A DNA stretch of 64,000 nt from Gemmatimonadaceae bacterium. GTDB lineage: Bacteria > Gemmatimonadota > Gemmatimonadetes > Gemmatimonadales > Gemmatimonadaceae. Below are positions 46,789-56,113 of the stretch, in pieces (within the stretch, counting starts at the first letter, position 1; each line of letters opens with the position of its first letter). Under the pieces are notes generated by a model. The model was given only the letters and a program-made list of their open reading frames with translations. It was not told the origin of the DNA and made no database searches. The translations under genes were made by a program, and so were the position numbers. The stretch lies in the NCBI GenBank assembly GCA_051859245.1, contig JBHYGA010000004.1, positions 640,001 through 704,000 on the forward strand. The letters run 5' to 3'.

Positions 46789-48660
46789 TTACGGAGTGAT
46801 CGTGACCGGCGCAGTCGCGACACCACCACGCGTGCTGCTCACGCGGGCGGTCATCGTGGCCGGCTGACCAGCCGGCACACGCACCCGCACCGTGAATACG
46901 CGCGATTCAAAGCCGTTCAGGAAGAACTCGGTGTTGCGCCCCACCGCGCGTGCCGTTGAGCCGCCGGTGCCCTGCAGTGTGAGCACATCAGGCCGCACAA
47001 TCTTCACACGCTTGGCCTGCTCAAGCGCAGTCGGAATGCGACCGGTGTTTTTGACGGTGACTTTCACTTCGTGCGTGGCCGAATCGGACGACGCGCGCAC
47101 TTTGTTCACCGCCACGTTGCTGATTTCAAGCGTTGGCAGATCGAGGGCCATGGCAAGATTGAATCGTGCCTGCCGACCGGCCCACTTTTCCAGTACTTCG
47201 GGCGGTCCGTTCTGCGACCAGAACTTGGGGTCCATGCCGCCCACTTCGACGTCGCCAAGTTCAGGATGAATGGCCTTGGTCCACGGCTGGAAGCAGCGTC
47301 CGCCAAACTCTTCGTCGCAGTAGCGCAGCACTTCGTACTGGTCCCAGCGTCCGTCGCCGTTGTAATCACGTTCACGACCACCGTTCCAGAGTTCATCACC
47401 GTACCAGATCTGGCCCATCTGGAAATAACCAAAATCGGGACCGTGTCCAAAGAGCGGTTGCGGCGTGCCTTCGCCCGGTGGTGAAAAGCGCGTCGCGTAG
47501 GTGCGATATACGTTGCCAGCCCAGGGATACTGCGTGTGCGAGAGGCCAACGGAATCGTAATGCTGCAACAGCTTCAGATCTGACGGAAACACGCACTCGC
47601 TGTCTTCGCAGGTACTCGGCCCGCGCAAATGCATGGGCACCTGCGTGTCCATGGAGTTGGTGACGCTGATGTTCGGATGATTCACCTGCCACAAGAATAC
47701 AGAGCGCGTCTCAGGCTCTGAGAGCGGAAACTCACCGGCGCCGCCCTGTGTGAATCCGCGACCGGTGGCTTCACGTTCCGGACGCCAGTTGTACGGATAG
47801 TTGCGATGCAAGTCGAGGCCGCCTACACCGTCTTCGTTCACCCGTCCGTCTTTGTCGTTGTCGACGCCTTCCGCCATCACGAGATAGTCGCCGTTGCCAG
47901 CACCAACCGCGCGCATCAGGCGACCCTTCTTGTCCATCGTGTCCACAACGTGCGTGCCTTTACCGGCACCGACAAACTTGCGCATCTGACGCGAGTGGCC
48001 GTCGCCGTCGAGATCTTCGGCGGGATCTTCATCAAACAGTCCGTCGCCGTCGTTGTCCTGCGGGCGCACTGAGCTACGATTGGCTTGCGCGGTGAGTTTG
48101 TACATATCCGCGCCGTCCGGATTGTTATTCGGACGCAGATAGATCGCCTTGGTATCGAGCAGCTTGGTGATCTGCGGATCTTTTCCGTAGTTCTCCACGA
48201 GGTGCCACGCGAGCCACAGCACACTTTCGCTGGCGGTGATTTCGCCGGAGTGACGCCCGCCTTCAAAAAAGGCCGCCGGTTTGTCGGAGTGCTTGCCGGT
48301 CGCTGTGTTCGTGAGTGTCATCTGCCAGATGGTCTGAGCTCCAAACGACGTACCCACTTCGTAGAGCTGCACAATCTCCGGCTTTTCCTTTGCCCAGCGC
48401 TGCATCCAGTAGTTGATCTCTTCGGTGGTGTGATAGTGCTCAAAATCCATCACGCCCCACTGCTTGGGCTGCATCTCCTTGTAGTTTGCGAGCGGAAACA
48501 TGCTCACACCATCGCGCTGACCGGGAACGATGAGGACCTTGCGCGCCGTATCGCGTGGTGCTTGCGCACCGCCGCCAGCGCCTCGCTGCGCGATGACTGG
48601 TGAGGAGAGCAGCGCGATGGCAATGCACGCAGTCGCGACGTGAATCGACGGTGTTTTCAT
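46789..48660 (-). CDS. Secreted M14 zinc carboxypeptidase family protein
   Basis: Signal peptide; GGRHSGE, NPDG, DLHRNYP, SEPET; DxDxDG repeats. Confidence 0.85.
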   Translation of the reverse strand: MKTPSIHVATACIAIALLSSPVIAQRGAGGGAQAPRDTARKVLIVPGQRDGVSMFPLANYKEMQPKQWGVMDFEHYHTTEEINYWMQRWAKEKPEIVQLYEVGTSFGAQTIWQMTLTNTATGKHSDKPAAFFEGGRHSGEITASESVLWLAWHLVENYGKDPQITKLLDTKAIYLRPNNNPDGADMYKLTAQANRSSVRPQDNDGDGLFDEDPAEDLDGDGHSRQMRKFVGAGKGTHVVDTMDKKGRLMRAVGAGNGDYLVMAEGVDNDKDGRVNEDGVGGLDLHRNYPYNWRPEREATGRGFTQGGAGEFPLSEPETRSVFLWQVNHPNISVTNSMDTQVPMHLRGPSTCEDSECVFPSDLKLLQHYDSVGLSHTQYPWAGNVYRTYATRFSPPGEGTPQPLFGHGPDFGYFQMGQIWYGDELWNGGRERDYNGDGRWDQYEVLRYCDEEFGGRCFQPWTKAIHPELGDVEVGGMDPKFWSQNGPPEVLEKWAGRQARFNLAMALDLPTLEISNVAVNKVRASSDSATHEVKVTVKNTGRIPTALEQAKRVKIVRPDVLTLQGTGGSTARAVGRNTEFFLNGFESRVFTVRVRVPAGQPATMTARVSSTRGGVATAPVTITP

Positions 48661-48855
48661 AAGAACGCGGGACGGAAGTGGCGGGGAGATCACGCAACAG
48701 GACAACGGGACCCTAGCATGCGTGCTTGTGCAACCTACGTCCAGCACCGCCCGGGCGTTCGGCGAGCGGAGCGTGTGTGACCGCTGGTTGCTCCACCTGC
48801 GGAAAGCGCTCATACTCCACACACGCACCACGCCCTCCTCTTTCAGAGACATATC

Positions 48856-50349
48856 ATGCTGCGATCCACGGCTGTAGCGCTCCTGCTCCTGAGTCTTGCG
48901 GACACTGGTCGTCTCGCGGCGCAAGCGGCCACGCCACGCGCGATGTCTGCGATTACGCAGGCCGATCTGCAGCGCGATCTCACGCTGCTCGGCGGCGATG
49001 GCATGCGCGGACGAGAAGCCGGTACGATTGACGAACTCAAGGCGTCGGTGTGGCTGGCGGAGCAACTGCGCGCCATTGGCGTGGAGCCCATGGGAGATGC
49101 GGGCTCGTACTTTCAGTGGTTCAACCTGCGACGCACGCGTGTGGGTGCGTCAAGCCTCGTGCGTATCGGCACGCGCGACTTGCTGATGTGGCGTGATGTG
49201 GCCGTGACGGGAACCGCTCCGGCGGATGTATCAGGCGCTACGGTGTGGGCCGGCGACGGACGCGATACTACGATCGACGTGCGCGGAAAAATCGCGCTGG
49301 CGCAACTTGTGGCGCCGCCAGCTGGTGGGCGGCAAACGAGCGTGAACTCGCCGGAGTATCGATACGCGCGCTCCGCGATGCAGTCGCTCGGTTTTGCACT
49401 CACACGACGCGGCGCCATCGCGGTGATGTTGATTGCTGATTCCACCGCGCAGATCGCTTTCGAGGGGATCTCGAACATCGGGTCGCGCGGCGGGTATCGA
49501 CTGGATGACCCGCAAGCAGCGGTGCGCGCACCGGGCAGCAGTGCGCCGGTTTTTCTTGTGCAGCGCGCTCTGGGTGCCGAGCTGCGCGCAGCGGCCGGAC
49601 AGCCGGCGCTCATCCGGCTGCATCAGGAGTCGTTTACGTATCCATCGGTAAACATTGTGGGACGAATCACGGGAACCGACGCGCAGTTACGCAACGAGTA
49701 CGTGCTGTTCAGCAGTCACCAGGATCATGATGGGGTGCGCTACGATGTGGCCGGTGATTCCGTCTGGAACGGTGCGGACGACAATGGTACCACCAGTGTG
49801 GCGCTGCTCGCGATCGCACGTGCGTTCAAACAACAGCCCGCGCGTCGGTCGGCGCTGTTCGTGTATCACGGAGCGGAAGAGCGCGGATTGATCGGATCAA
49901 ACCATCACGTGCGAAATCCGGTGGTACCGCTCACGAGTATTGTAGCGGTCCTCAATGGCGACATGCTGGGGCGAAACAATCCGGACTCTGCCGCGTTGCT
50001 CGGCAGCCAGCCGCCGCATCGGAACTCAACCGAACTCGTGACAATGGCGCTGCAAGCCAATGAGCGAACGGGTCGCTTTGCCATTGACTCACTTTGGGAT
50101 CGGCCCACGCATCCAGAAGGCTGGTATTTCCGCTCCGACCATTTGCCGTATGCGCGCGCCAATGTGCCGGCGTTGTTTTTCAGCAGCAACCTGCATCCGG
50201 AGTATCACACGCCGCGTGATGCACCAGAAACAATTGACTACGCCAAGCTCACGCGCATGACGCAGTGGTTTTACATGACCGGATGGATGGTGGCGAATAC
50301 CACCAAACGTCCGTCACTCGATACCGGGTTTCGACTTGAACGTGAATGA
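48856..50349 (+). CDS. Secreted M28 aminopeptidase family protein
   Basis: SSHQDH, GADDNG, AEERG, NGDM, RSDH, YHTPRD. Confidence 0.9.
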   Translation: MLRSTAVALLLLSLADTGRLAAQAATPRAMSAITQADLQRDLTLLGGDGMRGREAGTIDELKASVWLAEQLRAIGVEPMGDAGSYFQWFNLRRTRVGASSLVRIGTRDLLMWRDVAVTGTAPADVSGATVWAGDGRDTTIDVRGKIALAQLVAPPAGGRQTSVNSPEYRYARSAMQSLGFALTRRGAIAVMLIADSTAQIAFEGISNIGSRGGYRLDDPQAAVRAPGSSAPVFLVQRALGAELRAAAGQPALIRLHQESFTYPSVNIVGRITGTDAQLRNEYVLFSSHQDHDGVRYDVAGDSVWNGADDNGTTSVALLAIARAFKQQPARRSALFVYHGAEERGLIGSNHHVRNPVVPLTSIVAVLNGDMLGRNNPDSAALLGSQPPHRNSTELVTMALQANERTGRFAIDSLWDRPTHPEGWYFRSDHLPYARANVPALFFSSNLHPEYHTPRDAPETIDYAKLTRMTQWFYMTGWMVANTTKRPSLDTGFRLERE

Positions 50350-51521
50350 ATAGAGTTGGCGTGCTCCTTTGCGTGCTGCTCGCTGGGTGCAGCGTTGGTG
50401 AGCGTTTGCTCGACGATGTGCGGGCGGAACCGGCCACGGCGCACGAGCGGTACGCACGAGCGCTGACGGACGCCGGTCTGGACACCACGGCACTTGGCGC
50501 GGAGTGGCTCGCGGCAAGTGACAGCGCGTTGCGGGCGCCGCTTGTTGCACCACTCCCCTCGCGCGAAGTTGGTGCGTACACGCGTAGCGAGGCTCGAGCC
50601 GTGGCGCATCGTGTTTCACTTCGTCGCGGTCAGAAGTTGCAGGCGACCGTGCGTGTAACGGGGTTGCCAGCGCGGCTGTACCTCGATGTGTTTGAAGTCA
50701 CCGCTGACACCGCGCGACCGTTTGCGCATCGCGCCACCGCGGACACGCTCGTCGCGCGCGACAGCGTCGGGTTCTCCATCACGCTGGCGTACGAAGCCGA
50801 GGACGACGGCGACTTCGTGGTTCGCCTGCAGCCTGAATTGCTCCGCACCGGGCGCTATGAACTCACGCTCGAAGCCGAACCTGGCATGCTGTTTCCTGTT
50901 CAGGGCAGTACGAATCGCGCGATTCAAAGTCTTTTCGGAGTCGAGCGTGATGGTGGGCGACGCGCACACCATGGCATCGACATTTTTGCACCTCGTGGTA
51001 CGCCCGTACTGGCCGCCACTGACGGCGTGGTGCGCAGTATTTCCCCGAACAATCTCGGTGGCAACGTGGTGTGGTTGCTCGACGAACGTCGTCGCCAATC
51101 GTTGTATTATGCGCATCTCGAATCACATCATGTGGTAGCCGGGCAGCGTGTGCGCGCTGGTGACACGCTCGGATTTGTTGGCAACTCCGGAAACGCGCGA
51201 ACCACGGCGCCGCATTTGCACTTTGGCATCTATCGGCGAGGGCGCGGTCCCATCGATCCGCTTTGGTTCGTGCGGCTCGTGACTGCTGATCCGCCGCGCG
51301 TGGTCGCCGATACCGCTCGCCTGGGACGTCCGGCGGTTACTCGGCTCGCGGGTGTCACGCTGCGCGAGGGGCCCGGCACCAACAGTCCCGCGGTTCGGGA
51401 GCTGCCGCGCGATACACCGTTGCAGATCATGGGCGCGAGTGCGCAGTGGTACCGCGTGCAGTTTGAAGACGGGACGAGCGGCTACCTGTCGGCTGGCGCC
51501 GTGCGTTCCGTCGACGAGTAG
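50346..51521 (+). CDS. M23 metallopeptidase lipoprotein with C-terminal SH3-like domain
   Basis: LLAGC lipobox; HHGID, YAHL, PHLHF; LREGPGT...WYRV...GY. Confidence 0.9.
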   Translation: MNRVGVLLCVLLAGCSVGERLLDDVRAEPATAHERYARALTDAGLDTTALGAEWLAASDSALRAPLVAPLPSREVGAYTRSEARAVAHRVSLRRGQKLQATVRVTGLPARLYLDVFEVTADTARPFAHRATADTLVARDSVGFSITLAYEAEDDGDFVVRLQPELLRTGRYELTLEAEPGMLFPVQGSTNRAIQSLFGVERDGGRRAHHGIDIFAPRGTPVLAATDGVVRSISPNNLGGNVVWLLDERRRQSLYYAHLESHHVVAGQRVRAGDTLGFVGNSGNARTTAPHLHFGIYRRGRGPIDPLWFVRLVTADPPRVVADTARLGRPAVTRLAGVTLREGPGTNSPAVRELPRDTPLQIMGASAQWYRVQFEDGTSGYLSAGAVRSVDE

Positions 51522-51706
51522 GCGGCTACCGCACGGCCGGGTTCGTACGACAGACGGGCGGCGCGCCGACACGATCACGGGTCTGACGCGAGAAAGATCG
51601 CCGTTGCCCTGCCGCTCGCGCGGTCGCGGCGTTATCTCTGGCGGGTTGCCTGCGGTCGCGCGTTCACATTGCGTCGTCCGTCCTCCCCGCCTCTCCTCCC
51701 CGCCGA

Positions 51707-53947
51707 ATGCGCTCCCTTCTTCGTGCGCTCCCCTGGGCTGCCGTGGCCGCCGCTGGCGCTGGCGCCATAGCGGTGCTCGCGCTGCGTCGTGGTGAATCGA
51801 TCAACGCCGCATGGCTGATCACCGCCGCGATTTGCACGTACGCGATTGCCTATCGCTTCTATTCCAAGTTCGTCGCGGCCAAAGTCTTTGCGCTCGACGC
51901 GGAGCGCGCAACTCCCGCGCTCAGGCTCGAAGACGGACGCGACTATGTGCCAACGAACAAATGGGTGGTGTTCGGCCATCACTTTGCGGCGATCTCCGGT
52001 CCGGGTCCGCTCGTTGGACCAACACTGGCCGCACAGTTCGGATATCTGCCGGGTGCGTTGTGGATCCTGATTGGCGTCGCCATTGGCGGCGCTGTTCAGG
52101 ATTTTGTCATTCTGGCATCGAGCGTCCGACGCGATGGCAAATCGCTGGGCCAGATGGCGCGCGAAGAGATTGGACCACTGGCGGGTTCGGTAGCACTGAT
52201 CGCGATTCTGGCCATCATGATCATTCTCATCGCGGTGCTAGCCCTGGTGGTGGTGAATGCACTCGCCGAGTCGCCGTGGGGTGTGGTGACAATTGCGCTG
52301 ACGGTGCCGATTGCGTTGTTCATGGGTTCGTATCTGCGATTCGTACGGCCAGGTCGCGTGATTGAAGCCACAATGATGGGTCTGGTGATGTTGGTGGGTG
52401 CGCTGTACGCTGGCAAATACGCGGCCGCGCATCCAACGCTTGGCCCGATGTTTACGCTCGATAAACCCACGCTCGCGTTGTGGGTGATGGGCTATGGCTA
52501 CGCGGCCAGTGTATTGCCGGTGTGGCTGCTGCTCGCCCCGCGCGACTATCTGAGTGCGTTTGTGAAGATTGGCGTGGTGGGTGCATTGGGCGCCGGCATC
52601 CTGATTGTGCTGCCACCGCTGAGCATGCCGGCGGTGACGCAGTTTATTGACGGCACGGGACCAGTGTTCGCGGGCAAGTTGTTTCCGTTTGTCTTTATCA
52701 CGATTGCGTGCGGCGCGATCTCCGGCTTTCACGCGCTGATCTCGAGCGGTACCACCCCCAAGTTGCTCGATCGTGAGTCGGACGCGCGCATGATCGGTTA
52801 CGGCGGCATGCTCATGGAGAGCGGTGTGGCAATCATGGCGCTGATCGCGGCGTGTGTGCTTGATCCGGGCACGTATTTCGCGATCAACGCGCCGGCCGCC
52901 GCGCTTGGCCCCACGATCGATACGGCTGCCGAAGCAATCCGCGGCTGGGGCTTCACGCTCGATGCGGCGGAGTTTGCACGACTCACGGAACAAGTGGGTG
53001 AGGGCACGTTGCTCTCACGGACGGGCGGTGCGCCATCACTCGCGGTGGGAATGGCGCAACTGTTCAGTCAGGTGCTGGGTGGCGAGGGTGCACTCGCGCT
53101 CTGGTATCACTTCGCCATCATGTTCGAAGCGCTGTTCATTCTGACCACGCTCGACGCCGGCACGCGGGTGGGACGTTTCCTGCTGCAGGACGCGGGCAAG
53201 CATATCTGGGAGCCGTTTGGTCGCACGAGCTGGATGCCGGCGGTGCTGCTCTCCAGCGCGATGTTTGTGGCCGCGTGGGGATACTTCTTATATCAGGGAG
53301 TGACGGATCCGTTTGGTGGTATCAACTCGCTGTGGCCGTTGTTTGGTATTGCCAATCAGCTACTCGCTGCTATCGCGTTGTGTGTTGGTACCACCGTGAT
53401 TGTGCGCATGGGTCGGGCCAAGCTGGCGTGGGTGACGATTGTACCGCTCACGTGGCTGGTGATTGTGACCACGACCGCGGCGCTCACCAAAATTTTCGAC
53501 AGCAATCCGCGTATTGGCTTTTTGGCGCACGCCCGCGTGTTCACCGATGCGCTCGCGGCGGGTGAGTTGCCGCGTGGTGCGCCCACAATCGAAGCCGCGC
53601 GCACCATCATTTTCAACGATCGTCTCGACGCTGCAGTCGCCGCATTCTTCCTGGCGGCGGTGTGGGTGATTCTGATTGCCAGCATCCTGAAGTGGTGGAA
53701 CGTGATGAGCGGCCGCACGCCGGCGGTGTCCACCGAAATTCCATTCACCTCTCGTGCCGACGTGCAAGCGGCAGCATTGCGTGCGGCGTCCATCTCGGCG
53801 AGCCCTGAGTGTCCGCATCGTGGGCACCCAATTCCGCTGCCCTCAATGGAAGACGTGGAGCGATTGGAACAGCATGTGCTCGACGCGACCGTGCGGCGGA
53901 TTGTGCATCGTCCGGTTGGTGGGCCGAACGATGTGCGGTGTTGCTAA
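51707..53947 (+). CDS. cstA: Carbon starvation protein CstA (peptide/pyruvate transporter) with C-terminal RCC tail
   Basis: FGHHFAAISGPGPLVGP, PRDYLS, IACGAISGFH, LTTLDAGTR, LWPLFGIANQL. Confidence 0.95.
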   Translation: MRSLLRALPWAAVAAAGAGAIAVLALRRGESINAAWLITAAICTYAIAYRFYSKFVAAKVFALDAERATPALRLEDGRDYVPTNKWVVFGHHFAAISGPGPLVGPTLAAQFGYLPGALWILIGVAIGGAVQDFVILASSVRRDGKSLGQMAREEIGPLAGSVALIAILAIMIILIAVLALVVVNALAESPWGVVTIALTVPIALFMGSYLRFVRPGRVIEATMMGLVMLVGALYAGKYAAAHPTLGPMFTLDKPTLALWVMGYGYAASVLPVWLLLAPRDYLSAFVKIGVVGALGAGILIVLPPLSMPAVTQFIDGTGPVFAGKLFPFVFITIACGAISGFHALISSGTTPKLLDRESDARMIGYGGMLMESGVAIMALIAACVLDPGTYFAINAPAAALGPTIDTAAEAIRGWGFTLDAAEFARLTEQVGEGTLLSRTGGAPSLAVGMAQLFSQVLGGEGALALWYHFAIMFEALFILTTLDAGTRVGRFLLQDAGKHIWEPFGRTSWMPAVLLSSAMFVAAWGYFLYQGVTDPFGGINSLWPLFGIANQLLAAIALCVGTTVIVRMGRAKLAWVTIVPLTWLVIVTTTAALTKIFDSNPRIGFLAHARVFTDALAAGELPRGAPTIEAARTIIFNDRLDAAVAAFFLAAVWVILIASILKWWNVMSGRTPAVSTEIPFTSRADVQAAALRAASISASPECPHRGHPIPLPSMEDVERLEQHVLDATVRRIVHRPVGGPNDVRCC

Positions 53948-53964
53948 CCGCCGGGACATCGCAA

Positions 53965-53993
53965 CCGTAGCGCGCAGTTTGCGCGCGCTACGG
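53965..53993. terminator. GC-rich hairpin between convergent cstA and peptidase genes
   Basis: CCGTAGCGCGC / GCGCGCTACGG forms a perfect 11-bp stem with a 7-nt loop; no strong U-tract. Confidence 0.5.
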
Positions 53994-54012
53994 CGTTTGC
54001 GGTAACTGTTGG

Positions 54013-55047
54013 CTAACGCTTGCGCGTAGAATCCGCGCTGCGCAGAAAATCGCGTAGCGCGGCGACATATTCCGCGGGCTTCTCGCGATACGTTGAATGC
54101 GCCGCACCGGGAATCACCACGAGCCGTGCATTCGGCACGGTTGCGCGAAACTCGTCGAGCGTGCTGGGGCGCGCTTCGTCAAACTCGCCGGCGATGAACA
54201 GCACCGGCAACGCGAGTTCATCGAGATCGTCCGCTCGGCTCCAGCTGCGCAGCGAGCCGGTGGAGAGAAACTCCGTTGGTCCCCACATCTGCTGATAGAT
54301 CGTATCGTTTGATGCGACCCCTTCGCACAACGGCTCGGCATCAACGGGCAGGCGACGCACGTGGCGCGCGTAGAACGAGTCCGTCGCGGCCGCGTACGCG
54401 GGTGAGGTAAGGGTGCCTGCTCGCTCTTCGCGGTCGAGCGTCTCGCGAATGGTCTCGGGCAGTTGCGAACGCAATACGTTTGCATCGGCGATCCAACGCG
54501 GCGTGGAAAGCAACGGACTGCTCAGCACCAGCGAGACAACACCGTCTGGCTTACGTGCGATCATGTACTCCGCTGCCAGCGCGCCGCCCCACGAGTGGCC
54601 GAGCAGATGCACGCTGTCGAGTCCGAGCGCGCGTCGCACCGCGTCGAGCTCTTCGACAAATCGCGGCAGATTCCACAGCGTGGTGTCGGTGGGATGATCG
54701 GATCGACCCGAGCCGAGTTGGTCGTAGAAAATCACCGGCCGCTCATTGGCCAGCGGCGCGAGTCGCTCAAATCGGCACGAGAGTCCACCCGGTCCTCCGT
54801 GCAGCGCAAGCAATGGTACGCCTGTGGCACCGTCGCCAAGCATGCGATACCACACGCGTCCGCCGGGCACGTCGATCATTCCTTCGCGCACGGTTGGCGC
54901 GAGCGGAACGGAATCGGTGCTGGCTGTATCAAGCACCGGTGCGTTTTCCGCCGGTGCACAGCCGATCGTTACCGTGAGTGTGATCGCCGCAAGCAACGAA
55001 CACACACTGCGCTGTGATGTCACCCGCGCGTGCCGTTGCTGCGTCAT
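54013..55047 (-). CDS. Proline iminopeptidase-like alpha/beta hydrolase (S33) with possible lipoprotein signal
   Basis: HGGPG, YDQLGSGRS, GHSWGG, GEFDE, H; N-terminal LLAAITLTVTIGC. Confidence 0.88.
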   Translation of the reverse strand: MTQQRHARVTSQRSVCSLLAAITLTVTIGCAPAENAPVLDTASTDSVPLAPTVREGMIDVPGGRVWYRMLGDGATGVPLLALHGGPGGLSCRFERLAPLANERPVIFYDQLGSGRSDHPTDTTLWNLPRFVEELDAVRRALGLDSVHLLGHSWGGALAAEYMIARKPDGVVSLVLSSPLLSTPRWIADANVLRSQLPETIRETLDREERAGTLTSPAYAAATDSFYARHVRRLPVDAEPLCEGVASNDTIYQQMWGPTEFLSTGSLRSWSRADDLDELALPVLFIAGEFDEARPSTLDEFRATVPNARLVVIPGAAHSTYREKPAEYVAALRDFLRSADSTRKR

Positions 55048-55060
55048 GCGTGTTTGCACA

Positions 55061-55771
55061 TTACGACGCCGACACAAACGCGCACCCGTGCTGCTGCGCA
55101 AGCGTCACTCCGAAGATGCCGTTCGGCTGCAAGATCACACCGGGAAGCATCATCGACATTGCTTTCGCACGTGCTTCGCCGCCCTGAATTTTGTCTTTGC
55201 GATTCACCAGCGCGATCATGCTACTGAACGCCATGTTGCAGGCGAGGACAATCGCGCCGCGTTCCATCTGTTTGTTGAGGGCAAGATTGGCAAGCGTTGG
55301 CGGCAGCTTGTCCTCGTCGGCGGTCATCAATACCGGATTGCGCGTGGTCTTCTTGTCTGTCATCGGGTGCGTGACCTTGGAGTCTTTCGCGACATTATAA
55401 GTCGCCCAGAACTCCTGCGTCATGATGAACGGAATGGCGTTGTGTCGAATCACGATGACCGGATTCAAATCAGCAGGCTGCGCCTGCATCAGATCGCGGT
55501 AGTGATTGCTCCACAATCCCGCGCGCCACACGCCGCTGCCGCCATTCAACTCGGGTACGTCAAACACGGCGCGATACTTGGCGGTGAGTTTCTGCGCCCA
55601 TGTCGTATCGAACTGCTGTGCGGCCGGCTGATCGAGCGACGCAAACTCGCTGAGCGTGGCGTTCGGCGAGTTTGCGGGCGGACTCATCGCCGCGAGTGAA
55701 GCGGGAAGCGTGCTCATGGCGACTCCGCCAAGCGTGAGACGGGTCAGAAACTGGCGGCGATCGGTCGACAT
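55061..55771 (-). CDS. Tat-exported protein, DsrE-like fold suspected
   Basis: DRRQFL Tat motif; IRHNAIP, LACNMA, GVTLAQQHGCAF. Confidence 0.7.
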   Translation of the reverse strand: MSTDRRQFLTRLTLGGVAMSTLPASLAAMSPPANSPNATLSEFASLDQPAAQQFDTTWAQKLTAKYRAVFDVPELNGGSGVWRAGLWSNHYRDLMQAQPADLNPVIVIRHNAIPFIMTQEFWATYNVAKDSKVTHPMTDKKTTRNPVLMTADEDKLPPTLANLALNKQMERGAIVLACNMAFSSMIALVNRKDKIQGGEARAKAMSMMLPGVILQPNGIFGVTLAQQHGCAFVSAS

Positions 55772-55828
55772 GGGGCTCCGAGGTGGGAGAGGAGGGATGC
55801 CGCATTTTAAGGCCCGGCGGCCTCGCCG

Positions 55829-55963
55829 TCACGTCAGCCCGTCAGGTGAGGCTGTTCGGTATAAACACCGGCGAGGTTGCTCGCGGAGTCGCCGTAGCGC
55901 TTCCGCAGCTTGTTTGATGATGCGGAGGAGGTAGTCCTCCTGATTCGAGTCGCGGGCGCGCAT
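55829..55963 (-). pseudogene. Short 44-aa ORF, probable gene remnant (DUF6483-like N-terminus)
   Basis: Manual translation: MRARDSNQEDYLLRIIKQAAEALRRLREQPRRCLYRTASPDGLT*. Confidence 0.4.
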
Positions 55964-56113
55964 GTTAAAGTCCGGTTGTCACGAAAACGTGCGGCGCGGG
56001 TACGAAGTTGTTGGTTTCTCGCGCGTCACCGTAGTCCATCTGCATATCTTTCGACCAGTCTACGCCAGTCCGCTGGGATTGGTCCGATCCAGCCGATTTC
56101 AACTCTCTGCCGA

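Noticed and set aside
48771..48826. GCGTGTGTG/CACACACGC inverted repeat upstream of the M28 gene
   Set aside because: Only 9 bp and low-complexity; could be chance.
51522..51706. Riboswitch-like leader upstream of cstA
   Set aside because: GC-rich pairing is possible, but I recognise no aptamer consensus.
53930..54012. Selenocysteine/SECIS at the CstA tail
   Set aside because: The codons are TGT TGC TAA with no in-frame TGA; the downstream hairpin is better explained as a terminator.
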